This document shows, piece after piece, positions 48,726 through 59,300 of a stretch of DNA of 64,000 bases. Each line of letters opens with the position of its first letter. The stretch's first letter is position 1. The translations under genes and the position numbers were made by a program. Origin of the DNA: Nitrososphaerota archaeon (lineage in GTDB: Archaea; Thermoproteota; Nitrososphaeria_A; Caldarchaeales; Calditenuaceae); contig JAWBQR010000001.1 of assembly GCA_038845265.1 (NCBI GenBank), positions 96,001 to 160,000 of the forward strand, in the 5' to 3' direction. The notes below the pieces were generated by a model. That model saw only the letters and a list, made by a program, of their open reading frames with translations. It was not told the origin of the DNA and searched no databases.

Positions 48726-48932
48726 CACGTTTTTAGTATAAAAAGCCCTTAAAATATTTTTCTCATAATGCATTCTTTTAATCTCAGGCTTATCTGCAAG
48801 TCTCCATTATCTCATTTTTTATATTCGCATTCTAAAAAAATAATTCCTTTTGAGCGATTCAAAACATTCCTTTCCTTAATCGAGAGGGCGAGGGCTAAAT
48901 ATGCTTATCTGTTAGAAGGAGTATGATTATGT

Positions 48933-49091
48933 GTGGTAAAGGAAGTTTTAAAGAATAATGAGACGCTCTATGTCTGTGAGGCATGTAGACATGTTTACAG
49001 GGAGAGAGTATGGGCCGAGAAGTGTGAAGACTTCTGCTTCAAATATCATGCATGTTCACTAAGTATAACGAGTCATGCCGTTCTTATTTAG
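48933..49091 (+). CDS. Small Cys/His-rich putative zinc-finger protein (52 aa, not in the ORF track)
   Basis: Hand translation MVKEVLKNNETLYVCEACRHVYRERVWAEKCEDFCFKYHACSLSITSHAVLI*; GTG start, TAG at 49089-49091. Confidence 0.75.
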   Translation: MVKEVLKNNETLYVCEACRHVYRERVWAEKCEDFCFKYHACSLSITSHAVLI

Positions 49092-49188
49092 CCTCTCTAC
49101 AGTGTTTGTCTACTCAATCATAAGTGGGTCCTCTACAAATAAATAGGATATATGGGTCCCGTCTGACTCAACGTTTAGGTGAATAATC

Positions 49189-50046
49189 TTGATTGGACAA
49201 TACGTAGTAGCATTCAGGGAAACACTAGAGGCTGCAATAATAATCGCGATAATTCTCTCCTATTTAGCAAGAAGCGGACGACGTAATTTTTCGCGATTTG
49301 TTTGGCTAGGCGTAGCCTCAGCAGTAACTGTAAGTCTGGGGACAGGAATGCTGGTATGGTATGCTTACGGCGCTCTTCCAGAAACTATTAAGATGTTATT
49401 CGAGTCGTTGACTGCGTTTATCGCTGTTCTTGTCTTATCGACAGTGATTTATTGGATGACACTCAAAGGCGGAACTATACATATAGAGATGGAGAGACGC
49501 ACAGAAGTCGCTGCCACGCGGGGTGCTAGCTTAGGATTACTTTCATTGAGTTTTGTTGTCGTCTTTCGGGAGGGCTTTGAGACTATTCTCTTTCTCACTC
49601 CTTTCTTTCTCGCTGATGCCTTGGGGAGTCTTGTTGGAACGTCTCTTGGAATATTTACTGCTATCATGTTGGCCTACGGCATTTTTATCGTAGGCATGAA
49701 GATTAACCTGCAGAGATTCTTCTACTTCACTGGCGTACTTCTGATTCTGCTTGCAGGCGGTTTAGCGGGATATGGAACGCATGAGCTTCTTGAATACTTT
49801 GAGGCAATTGGCTTAGATACTGGTTGGCTGGGAGAGTCCGCCTATACGCTGAATATACCAGTGGATAGTCCGTTTCATCACAGGGGAGCGGTGGGCTCCA
49901 TACTCGCAGTGATGTTCGGCTATACTATAAGCGCTGAGTGGGCAAGAGTAATAGTCCACTCAGCATATCTAATAACAGCGCTACCACTCTTATCGCATAT
50001 TTATAGAAAAAAAATACGCATAGAATCTTCGAGTGAATATCTATAA
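49189..50046 (+). CDS. FTR1-family iron permease
   Basis: Two RExxE motifs (FRETLE, FREGFE); AGGTGA RBS. Confidence 0.9.
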   Translation: MIGQYVVAFRETLEAAIIIAIILSYLARSGRRNFSRFVWLGVASAVTVSLGTGMLVWYAYGALPETIKMLFESLTAFIAVLVLSTVIYWMTLKGGTIHIEMERRTEVAATRGASLGLLSLSFVVVFREGFETILFLTPFFLADALGSLVGTSLGIFTAIMLAYGIFIVGMKINLQRFFYFTGVLLILLAGGLAGYGTHELLEYFEAIGLDTGWLGESAYTLNIPVDSPFHHRGAVGSILAVMFGYTISAEWARVIVHSAYLITALPLLSHIYRKKIRIESSSEYL

Positions 50047-50805
50047 TATCGTGTTGCCGCCATCTATTACAATATTCTGTCCAGTAATGAAGCTTGATTT
50101 ATCACTCGCTAAGAAGACGACTAGGTTTGCGACGTCCTCAGGAAGCCCCATTCTGCCAAGGGGTATGCTTCTTACTGTTTGCTCGTAGAATTCTTTTGCC
50201 AATCCTATAGCTTCTGTCCCGGGGGACTGAATTGGACCAGGCGAGATAGCATTGACGTTTATTCCATACGGGGCCACCTCTAGGGCCACCTCTAGGGCCA
50301 GTGCCCTCGTGAAGCCTACCACGCCTGCTTTACTTGCTGAGTAGTGAGCCAGATTAGAATAGCCAACCATGGAGCCGGCAATTGAGGCAATATTGATTAT
50401 TTTACCGCTTCTCTGCTCTATCATTTTTGGCAATACTGCCCTTGTCACGAGGAATGTTCCCTTCAAATTAATGTCCAAAACCCTTTCCCAATCCTGTTCA
50501 GTCATCTGTAAGATGGGCTTGAATGGATAAATGCCGGCATTATTGACTAATATATTAATCCTCCCGAATTCACTTATGGCTTCCTTTACAGCTTTCTCCA
50601 CCTCTTCTGCTCTAGAAACGTCGCATTTAACAGCCAACCCCTTAACCCCTAGCTTTTCTATCTCTTTCAACACATCAAAGATCTTATCGCCAATATCGAA
50701 TAAAACAACGCTTGCACCATGCTTAGCCAACGTGAGGGCTATTGCTTTTCCTATGCCTTGTCCGGCCCCCGTTACGAGGGCTATTTTATCCTTTAACTCA
50801 TACAT
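50041..50805 (-). CDS. Short-chain dehydrogenase/reductase (FabG-like)
   Basis: TGAGQGIG, NNAG, YSASK and ITGQNIVIDGG. Confidence 0.95.
   Translation of the reverse strand: MYELKDKIALVTGAGQGIGKAIALTLAKHGASVVLFDIGDKIFDVLKEIEKLGVKGLAVKCDVSRAEEVEKAVKEAISEFGRINILVNNAGIYPFKPILQMTEQDWERVLDINLKGTFLVTRAVLPKMIEQRSGKIINIASIAGSMVGYSNLAHYSASKAGVVGFTRALALEVALEVAPYGINVNAISPGPIQSPGTEAIGLAKEFYEQTVRSIPLGRMGLPEDVANLVVFLASDKSSFITGQNIVIDGGNTIL
50271..50300. repeat. In-frame 12-bp tandem duplication in the SDR gene
   Basis: GGGCCACCTCTA twice plus GGGCCA, giving ALEVALEV. Confidence 0.9.
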
Positions 50806-51027
50806 TCATTAATCACTTCAATAATGAATACAAAATCTCATATTTATATCTATATGTATACAAAACTATACACTTCCAGACATTTATCATTAATTCCCTA
50901 AAAACCAACTACTTCCATAAACCTCAAGAACATGTACTTTATACCTACAATTCCGGCCATATCTAATTGGGAAACATCACAAATCTTATACGCTGTATCA
51001 GGACATAGTGCTATAGGGACTTTGCTA

Positions 51028-51432
51028 ATGAGACACGTATTATTTGTCTGTGTAGAGAATAGTTTTAGAAGCCAAGTAGCAGAAGCATATTTTAACAGAT
51101 ATGCACCGGTGGGCTGGAAGGCAATTAGCGCAGGCACTAGGCCAGCTGAAAATGTCCATCCGATGGCGGTCGAATTAATGAAGGAGGATGGTCTAGACAT
51201 AAGTAAGCAAAAAACAAAGCCTCTCAATAGAGAACTCCAGGACCTGGCCGAGATAGCAGTTATTGTTTGTAGCGGCTCATCCTGCCCAGTTATCCATTCC
51301 AGAAAAGTATTGAAATGGGATATACCAGATCCATCATCTATGTCAATAGACGAAGCAAGAAAAATCAGAGACGAATTAAAAATAAGAGTATTACAGCTAA
51401 TCAACCACCTAAACAAAAATCAAAGCCCTTAG
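51028..51432 (+). CDS. Arsenate reductase ArsC / LMW protein-tyrosine phosphatase family
   Basis: LFVCVENSFRSQVAEA P-loop, SAGT, CSGSSCP and WDIPDP. Confidence 0.9.
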   Translation: MRHVLFVCVENSFRSQVAEAYFNRYAPVGWKAISAGTRPAENVHPMAVELMKEDGLDISKQKTKPLNRELQDLAEIAVIVCSGSSCPVIHSRKVLKWDIPDPSSMSIDEARKIRDELKIRVLQLINHLNKNQSP

Positions 51433-51831
51433 ATAAATTTACGTATTCTAACTAGTGCCAGAATCTTTAATCTAACTCATGCATACGTGACCGAGTTATT
51501 GAAGTGTTATTATCTGAGTAAGAGCGTTTGTAGCTTGTGCAATTTATCCACATTACACAACGAAAATATCGCCTAATCCTTTAATATTCATGGAAATATT
51601 GATCAATTATATCGAAGGCGACAAAATAAACTGTCCAGCACATAACTACTCATAATTATTTAATTAATTATTTCACAAATAATATATTCTAGAAAGACAC
51701 ATATTATAACAGAATTGAGCAAGGCAGTCAGACGGGTAAGATACATCAAGAATAGAATGAAACATAGCGACGTAGATAAATTTGTTAAGCAATTTTCAAT
51801 AAAATTCGCTATGCTTAACAGATTTAGGGAA

Positions 51832-52266
51832 TTATTGAATGACTATTTTCTCTATTGCATGATGTCTCTTGACGATCTGCTTGATTAGGTCTATGTTCTT
51901 TCCGCCCTTACCGATAGTCATCCCCTTATCACTTGGATCTACTTCGGCAATCGCAATCTTGATTCCCCCATCCTTCTCGAGTACCCTCACTTGTTTCACG
52001 TTCGCCGGCTTAAGAGCATTCGCAATAAACGCAGCAACATCATCAGAATATTCAATGATCTTGAGGCGCTTCTGGAAAATATTCGAGAGCTCCCTAACCT
52101 TTACCCCCCTCTTCCCAACAGCCTGCCCAAGATCACCTCGATCAACAACAAAAATCAACATATTCTCATCCTCAACACAGTCCCTAACCGTCGCGCCTGT
52201 GTATTCCTGGAAGAGAGAAATAAAACGAAGCTCTCTCTCAGTAAACTTTACTTTCTGGCTAGCCAC
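51832..52266 (-). CDS. nusA: NusA-like KH-domain transcription factor
   Basis: GTG start at 52266 (MASQKVKF); GQAVGKRG and IGKGGKNI KH motifs; follows rpl30e. Confidence 0.93.
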   Translation of the reverse strand: MASQKVKFTERELRFISLFQEYTGATVRDCVEDENMLIFVVDRGDLGQAVGKRGVKVRELSNIFQKRLKIIEYSDDVAAFIANALKPANVKQVRVLEKDGGIKIAIAEVDPSDKGMTIGKGGKNIDLIKQIVKRHHAIEKIVIQ

Positions 52267-52567
52267 TCTCCTCTCCACCCTCAAGCAGCGAGGAACTACC
52301 CGGATCAATGATCGCCACGACAGAGGCACCGAAGGGCTTACCGAGAGCCAGCCCCATGTCCCTCGAGTCAAAATCAGCCTCAATCACCTTTACATCCCTC
52401 ATCTTGGCAGCAACCATCATCTCAGACCTCATCTCAGCCGGACAGTTCCGAGAGAGGACAACAAATTTCGCCTTACCCGAGAGAACCGCGAGATAAGACT
52501 GTCTATAACCAAGAATGAACTTCCCAGTCCTTCTAATAATCGAGAGCTCCTTCTTCACATCCACCAC
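52259..52567 (-). CDS. rpl30e: 50S ribosomal protein L30e
   Basis: TGKFILG, NCP and LGKPF...IIDPGSS. Confidence 0.93.
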   Translation of the reverse strand: MVDVKKELSIIRRTGKFILGYRQSYLAVLSGKAKFVVLSRNCPAEMRSEMMVAAKMRDVKVIEADFDSRDMGLALGKPFGASVVAIIDPGSSSLLEGGEESG

Positions 52568-52573
52568 GTCAAA

Positions 52574-55500
52574 TCACCCCCCAGCAGAGCCACTTACATC
52601 TTCACGGTTCCTCCTACCAGGATAAAGCATGAGCAAATTAACCATACCAGTACCGACAGGAACCTCCTTACCAATCAAGATCCTCTCAACGTTACCTCTA
52701 AGATTATCAACCTCTCCCCTAGCAGCAGCCTCAAGAAGCGTCTGGACGCTGATCTCAAAGGCAGCCCTCGCCAGCACGCTGCTCTTAAGCCTCACAACGC
52801 CGTGACGACCGACCTGCCTAACCTCGCCATTAATCGTCATCATATCAGCCAAGAGCAAGAGATGCCTAACATCGACATCGAGCCCCTGCTCCCTCAAGAC
52901 CTGTCTAGCCTCCTCGACTATGAGTTGCCTGGCAGCCTCTATACCCAAGACGCTGGCAACCTCATGAATATCGTTTGTCCTAACCCTTCTAAAGTCAACT
53001 TCTGGAACATCCATCACTTCCCTCAGATTAGACCCCTCAGTATTGATCACGTACTCATCGCCCTCCTTCCTAACCAATGCTTTCTTGATCCTCTTAATAC
53101 CCTTAACCCTCGTCGCGAGTATCCTCTCCCTAATCTGTCCCATCTGCAACTCAACCTCCTCAGGCATCGTCAATACAAGCTCGTCCTCACCACTGATCTT
53201 TGCCTTATACTGCTTAAACGTCCTGACCAAGTCGGCATTCGTCACGCCCAGCTCACGCATACTTTCCCTGTCAAGCTTTACGATCAAAAGATTCCTCCTC
53301 AAGTCAATCCTGACCTCATCAGTAACATCGCTAAGAGAAGTAAACTGCAACTTCCGTGCAACCTGCCTAGCGAGCTTAGGATCACTATTGTAGGGAGGCT
53401 TAAGATATATCTTCATGATAGGCGTAGAAGGCGTCCTCCTAGCATCTATAATCTCAATCAATCTCGGAAGCCCAAGAAGAATACTCTGCTCCCTAACACC
53501 CGCGAAGTGGAAAGTCCTAAGCGTCAGCTGCGTGCCAGGCTCACCGATCGACTGAGCGGTAATCACGCCGACAGGATCTCCGACCTCTATAAGGCTCTGG
53601 AGATACGCCCTATGCGCCTCTCTAAATATTGCCGGGACAGCACTAGCCGGCGCCTTAAGCTTCAACGCAGCTGTGACCAGCTCATTCAGAAGCAGCGGTG
53701 GAATAATGCCCTCATACTTCTTTGCCTCAGCCTCAACTACTTCCTTGGGCGAGGGATCCCCACCCCCAGCATGAGCCTCCAGCACTCTCTCAACAATCAA
53801 TCTCGGAATGAACGCCTTCCCATGATCACTCTTCGCAGGATCCACACCATCCTCCCCGTAGAGGAACTGAACAATCTTCTTACTATCAGACATCCTCACA
53901 GAACCATCGTACTCGACATAGAGAGACTCAAGGGCATTAATCAACCGACGCTGCATATAGCCACTCTGCTGCGTCCTCACAGCCGTATCCACCAAACCAT
54001 CCCTCCCTCCAGCCATGTGGAAGAAAAATTCAATAGGCGTAAGCCCCTTCACGAACGAATTAAAGACAAAACCCCTCGCAGGAGGCGAAAGATCTCCCCT
54101 CTCAAAAAATGTAAGTACACGGTCTAAGAAACCCCGAGAAGGCCGCTCCCTCCGCACCGCCTGCTGCCCAACAATAGCAATCATCTGGTCAATATTCAGA
54201 GTACTCCCCCTAGCCCCAGTCTTCGCCATAATCACTAACGGACTCGAGGGCGGAACATACGTCCTAATCAGAGAACCAACCTTATCCCTAACCCTAGACA
54301 ACATCTCAAGTATCGAAGACTCGAATGCCTTCTCAGGCGTCTCACCAGGCTTAATCTCAAGCCTACCCCTCTCATAATCAGACTTTAATTTTTGATACTC
54401 CTGCTCCATCTCCCTAATGATGACCCCAGCCTGCTCATAGGCCGACTCAGGCACAATCAAATCCTCGATACTAAGCGTAAATCCCCTAACGTTGATATAG
54501 GTATTTGCGAGCCTAACAAGCGAGTTAAGAAACTTAGCAGCGTTCTCAGAGCCATAATCTTTAGCAATTCTGTGAAGAACACTGTTAGGCTTTTCGATTC
54601 CGACCACAGACTTATCAACATAACCCTTAACGAGGACACCATCCCTAATCACTATTTCATCGTCAGGGTTGAAGGATGCCTGGACGCGGTGACTGAACCC
54701 TCGAGGTAGCAATAGACTAAAGATCTGTTTCCCACTCCACAACGGGACTGGCTCCGTCTTCTCTGGTGGAGGAAGTGGACCATTATACCTCATAGATGCC
54801 AAGAGATAACCGACAGTCTGTTTGTCAAGATATGTGCCGTCCTTAGTCAAGAGGTACAGAGAGGTTAGAAAATCTCTTATGGCTCCTATGATGGGAGCTC
54901 CGTATCTTGCTGAGATTATGTTTCTCTGAACTTGAAGGAGGAGACGGGCCTCTGCTTGTGCCTCCTCGCTCTGAGGGACGTGGAGGTTCATCTCGTCGCC
55001 ATCGAAGTCGGCGTTATATGGTGTACATACAGCGAGGTTAAGCCTAAATGTCTTATAGGGCAGGACTCGTACCCTGTGAGCCATTATGGAGACTCTGTGA
55101 AGGCTTGGCTGTCTATTGAATAGGACAATGTCTCCGTCCATCAGGTGTCTCTCGACTATCCAGCCGTCTTCGATCGTTTCAGCGACTTCTTCAAGATTAT
55201 GTACAAACTTGAGCCTTATCATCTTCTTATCTGGCTTAATGATGTACTTTGCGCCAGGATACTTGTCCGGTCCGTTCCTGATTAATCTCTTTAACTTCTC
55301 TTTATTCCAAGCATTGACAACTTCTGGTACAGTCAGCTGCATCGCAATCTCGAGCGGCACACCGACCTCGTCTATATCTATATTTGGGTCCGGCGAGATT
55401 ACAGTCCGCGCGGAGAAATCAACTCTCTTCCCTGACAAGTTAAGCCTGAACCTTCCTTCCTTTCCCTTAAGTCTCTGAGCAAGAGTCTTCAAGATTCTAC

Positions 55501-56371
55501 CTGATCTATGTTGTGCCGGAGATATGCCGACTGTTTCGTTGTTTATGTAAGTAGTTACGTGATACTGAAGTAGGTCTGCAAGTTCCGCGATGACTGGTGA
55601 TGGTGCTCCAGCAGCTATACTCTCCTTAAGCCTTTTGTTTACTCTTAGAATGTCTACAAGCTTATGAGTAAGGTCGTCTTCAGATCTATAACCAGTTTCA
55701 AGAGTGATAGATGGCCTGACATAGACGGGTGGGACCGGTAAGACTGTGAGAACCATCCATTCAGGCCTAGCATACTCTGGGTCGATGTCTAGAAGCTCTA
55801 GGTCTTGATCATTGATTCTCTCGAGCCTCTGCCTGACGACACTTGCAGACAGCCGTACCGTTCCTTGGGGAGTGACCTCTAGGAAAGTTGATGGCTTCTC
55901 TAAATCTAACTTGTATTGCTTCTCTCCACAATGTGGACAGATATTTGTAGCCATCGCCTGCTGCTTGACCTTATAAAAGATGTGTCTATACTGTCTTCCC
56001 TCTGCTTTATGCATCTCGATCTCCTTTCTAAAGTTCTCAATGGATTCATTTTTCAGCAGTAATCTGCCGCAACTCCTACAGGTGGATCTTAGAAGCTCTT
56101 GAATTATCTTGACAAAACCAATATGAATGACGGGGACTGCGAGCTCGATGTAGCCGAAGTGTCCTGGACAGTTGAGGTAGGTATTTCCACATGTCTTGCA
56201 TCTCTGCCCTGGCTCTAGTGTTCCTAACCTTGGGTCCATAACCCCTGTTGGGATTGGAGAACCGTCTTCGTCATATGTATCTGAATTCTGTATCTCAGCT
56301 ACAGCCATCTTCCTGATGAAGTCCGGTGAGAGTATTCCAAACTTTATTGCAGCTATGCTTCCCTTTACCAT
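52574..56371 (-). CDS. rpoA1: RNA polymerase largest subunit, A' and A'' fused (Rpo1)
   Basis: CPGHFG, SGKRVDF, NADFDGDEMN, DTAVRT, AQSIGEPGTQLTL and ARAAFE, all in one 1265-aa ORF. Confidence 0.98.
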   Translation of the reverse strand: MVKGSIAAIKFGILSPDFIRKMAVAEIQNSDTYDEDGSPIPTGVMDPRLGTLEPGQRCKTCGNTYLNCPGHFGYIELAVPVIHIGFVKIIQELLRSTCRSCGRLLLKNESIENFRKEIEMHKAEGRQYRHIFYKVKQQAMATNICPHCGEKQYKLDLEKPSTFLEVTPQGTVRLSASVVRQRLERINDQDLELLDIDPEYARPEWMVLTVLPVPPVYVRPSITLETGYRSEDDLTHKLVDILRVNKRLKESIAAGAPSPVIAELADLLQYHVTTYINNETVGISPAQHRSGRILKTLAQRLKGKEGRFRLNLSGKRVDFSARTVISPDPNIDIDEVGVPLEIAMQLTVPEVVNAWNKEKLKRLIRNGPDKYPGAKYIIKPDKKMIRLKFVHNLEEVAETIEDGWIVERHLMDGDIVLFNRQPSLHRVSIMAHRVRVLPYKTFRLNLAVCTPYNADFDGDEMNLHVPQSEEAQAEARLLLQVQRNIISARYGAPIIGAIRDFLTSLYLLTKDGTYLDKQTVGYLLASMRYNGPLPPPEKTEPVPLWSGKQIFSLLLPRGFSHRVQASFNPDDEIVIRDGVLVKGYVDKSVVGIEKPNSVLHRIAKDYGSENAAKFLNSLVRLANTYINVRGFTLSIEDLIVPESAYEQAGVIIREMEQEYQKLKSDYERGRLEIKPGETPEKAFESSILEMLSRVRDKVGSLIRTYVPPSSPLVIMAKTGARGSTLNIDQMIAIVGQQAVRRERPSRGFLDRVLTFFERGDLSPPARGFVFNSFVKGLTPIEFFFHMAGGRDGLVDTAVRTQQSGYMQRRLINALESLYVEYDGSVRMSDSKKIVQFLYGEDGVDPAKSDHGKAFIPRLIVERVLEAHAGGGDPSPKEVVEAEAKKYEGIIPPLLLNELVTAALKLKAPASAVPAIFREAHRAYLQSLIEVGDPVGVITAQSIGEPGTQLTLRTFHFAGVREQSILLGLPRLIEIIDARRTPSTPIMKIYLKPPYNSDPKLARQVARKLQFTSLSDVTDEVRIDLRRNLLIVKLDRESMRELGVTNADLVRTFKQYKAKISGEDELVLTMPEEVELQMGQIRERILATRVKGIKRIKKALVRKEGDEYVINTEGSNLREVMDVPEVDFRRVRTNDIHEVASVLGIEAARQLIVEEARQVLREQGLDVDVRHLLLLADMMTINGEVRQVGRHGVVRLKSSVLARAAFEISVQTLLEAAARGEVDNLRGNVERILIGKEVPVGTGMVNLLMLYPGRRNREDVSGSAGG

Positions 56372-56372
56372 T

Positions 56373-59300
56373 CTACATCACCTCCTCAAAGATTAATTTG
56401 GGGTAGATCCCCATCGAGAGCAGCTCGTTGAGCAATAGGTAGAAGGCATATGACATATTGACTGGCCTCTCAGAGACGTCTTTTCCATGCACTGGGCAGA
56501 TAAATTTCTCTTGTTTTAGGTCGTAGTAGGCTGGCAGTCCGCATTTCTCACAATAGTAGACTGTATATTTATCGCTCTGTTCTAGTAGTCTATCGAGCAA
56601 CAAGTAGGAGGCGCCATAGGCTATTAGGCAGTCTCTCTCCATCTCTCCAAATTTTAATCCTCCTCCTCTCGACCTGCCTTCGGTTGGCTGTCGAGTCAGT
56701 ATCTGCACCTGCCCCCTCGACCTAGCATGAATCTTGTCCCTCACTAAGTGGTGTAGTCTCTGATAATATACGATGCCTATGAAGACCTCTACTTCATATT
56801 TCCTTCCAGTCAGCCCATCGTACAGCACTTCTGTTCCACTTGGTTTAAACCCAAGCTCTGCAAGTTCTTTTCTCAACTCGTCCAATGGTTTTCCGATGAA
56901 GGGTGATCCGTCGATTATTGTTCCTTTAGCAGCAGCTAATTTTCCGGCTAGGCTCTCGATTAGTTGTCCTACCGTCATTCTTGAGGGGAATGCGTGTGGA
57001 TTTATGATTAGATCTGGCACTATTCCACTCTCCGTGAAAGGCATATCGGCCTGTGGAAAGAGCATGCCGACAACCCCCTTCTGTCCATGACGTGAGGCGA
57101 ACTTGTCTCCTATTTCAGCGAAACAGATACTCCTAACCTTTGCCTTAACTAGCTTATTGCCCTCTTCAGTCTTTGTAATGTAGATATTGTCTACTACTCC
57201 TACCTCGGTGGGCCTTACGGCCTCGGAGGCGTCTCGCCAAACCATCTCTCTCGCGGGAGCCCTTGTATACTCCTCCATGAACCTTGGAGGACTAACCATC
57301 CCGACTAGTACTGTTCCACCAGTGACGTCAGATTCTGGAAAAGCTAATCCATCGACATCAAGTACTCGGTAGTATTGCTCTCCTCTGTATCCTCTTACAT
57401 TCGAGTCAGGAATAGCTAGCCTGTCCTTTTCACCGCCCATGTATTGCTTAGCCTCAACCTCGTAGGTTCTATAGCTGATAGTAAATCCTACGCCTCGCTC
57501 GACTGACGATTTGTTCAATACGACGGCATCTTCCATATTGTAACCATAACCCGTGAGTATAGCTACTACTAAATTCTGACCAATAGGGCGCTGATTGAGC
57601 CCTAATAGCTCGATCGTCCTAGTCGTCACCAGTGGTTTCTGTGGATTTATCATTAAGTGAATTCTTGAATCAACCCTTAGATTATTCGCGATTGATGAGA
57701 TGCCAAGCGCCTGTTTCGCCATTGATGCTTCATAGACATTTCTAGGTGATTGGTTGTGATTGCTGTATGGAATAATTGAGGCGACAGCCCCCAACATTAG
57801 CAGAGGCGAGACCTCTAGGTAGTTATGTGATTCAGTTACTGCTTCGGGTGACACTGCAACTAATGCATTCTCTTCTTCCATCGCGTCTAAGTATTCGACT
57901 GAGCCTATGCTCACCAAATCTCTAAACTTGAGCGTACCTGACTTAAGAGACTCGATGGTGTTTGGATTAAGCTTTATTTCTCCCTTCTCCACGAGGATTA
58001 ATGGACGCCTAACCCTTCCCTCATCTGTAAATATTTCAACCTCAGTTACATGTTCATACTTGTGATAGGCAATGTTTATCATCGGGCTGATCTCGCCTGA
58101 CCTCCTCATCGCTTTTAACTCGCTGACAAGTTTCTCCCAATCAGTATGATAACCAATCAATTCATTATCTAGATATACTCTCGCAGCGGTCATTAATCGT
58201 CTACTACGTCTTTTTTCCTCATGTGCGACCAATGTGCTTATAAGTCCGAGGGACCAAAGTTTTGCCCTAAGCTCCTTTTTATCATTCTCTGAGAGAGGAA
58301 CGGTTATCTCAGCGCCAAGCGCAAGATTCTTAACCAGCCCGGAGTTACTGCCTTCAGGTGTCTCTGCAGGACATATTCTTCCCCAATGCGTTCCATGCAG
58401 GTCTCTTGCCTCAAAGTGTGGCTGGCTCCTGCTTAAGGGAGATTGAACTCTCCTGAGATGACCTATAGTGGATAGGTAATTTGTCCTATTGAGAAGCTGA
58501 GTTACTCCCACTCTCCCGCCGGGCCAGTTTCCTGTCGAGAATGCGTGTAAAACGAGGTCGTTGACTATTCCTGGCCTGACGAAGGTTGAGATAGAGATTG
58601 GCTGCCTAGTCGCGATAACCCTTTCGAGCTGGTATTTAATGTCTCTGATCAACTTCATGAATGCCATACGGTAGAGCTCCATCAACAATGGCGCTTCAAG
58701 CTTGAGCCTCTTGTTCCCATAGTGGTCTTTATCACTGGGCTTCCTGATCCCTAGACTTGTCTCCAACAATTTTCCGACCATATCGCAGAGAAAGATTGCT
58801 TTTTTGTATCTTGAATCACTAGTTGTACCGACGTGCAGTAGGAAGATATTATCAATCATCTGTTCCGCTCTTTGGACCCTATACTCCTCTGCATAGCCAA
58901 ACGCCACCCTGTTTCCAATATATCTTAACGCATCTTGAGGAGTCTCGATACCTTCAGCCTCGAGGAAAGACGGTGCAAGCAATTCTTGTACATCGGGCCT
59001 ATTGGAGACAAAGTTTACTATATCAGAGTCCTTCGTCATTCCCAAGGCTCTTAATAGAATTATCAACGGTATTCCCTTGTATATACGTGAGAAGAAGACA
59101 CGTATCGGGTTGCCTGGCTTATACGTGACCTCAACCTTACTCTGCCTACCATAAGAAGATGATAGAATGACGGCTGAGTATTGCGGAACCTTATCTCCTT
59201 CCTTCATCGTAATCAGTATTCTGTTGGGAGCAAGATCCTCTATGGCGACAATAACTCTTTCAGACCCATTAATTATGAAGTAGCCTCCCGGATCCAATGG

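Noticed and set aside
44729-51831. Provirus or integrative element at tRNA-Ala
   Set aside because: There is no integrase, no viral genes and no repeated tRNA 3' end. The TTCGAATC near 44820 is too short.
51869-54127. 752-aa plus-strand ORF
   Set aside because: It is antisense to nusA, rpl30e and rpoA, has no motifs, and is explained by the absence of TTA/CTA/TCA codons on the coding strand.
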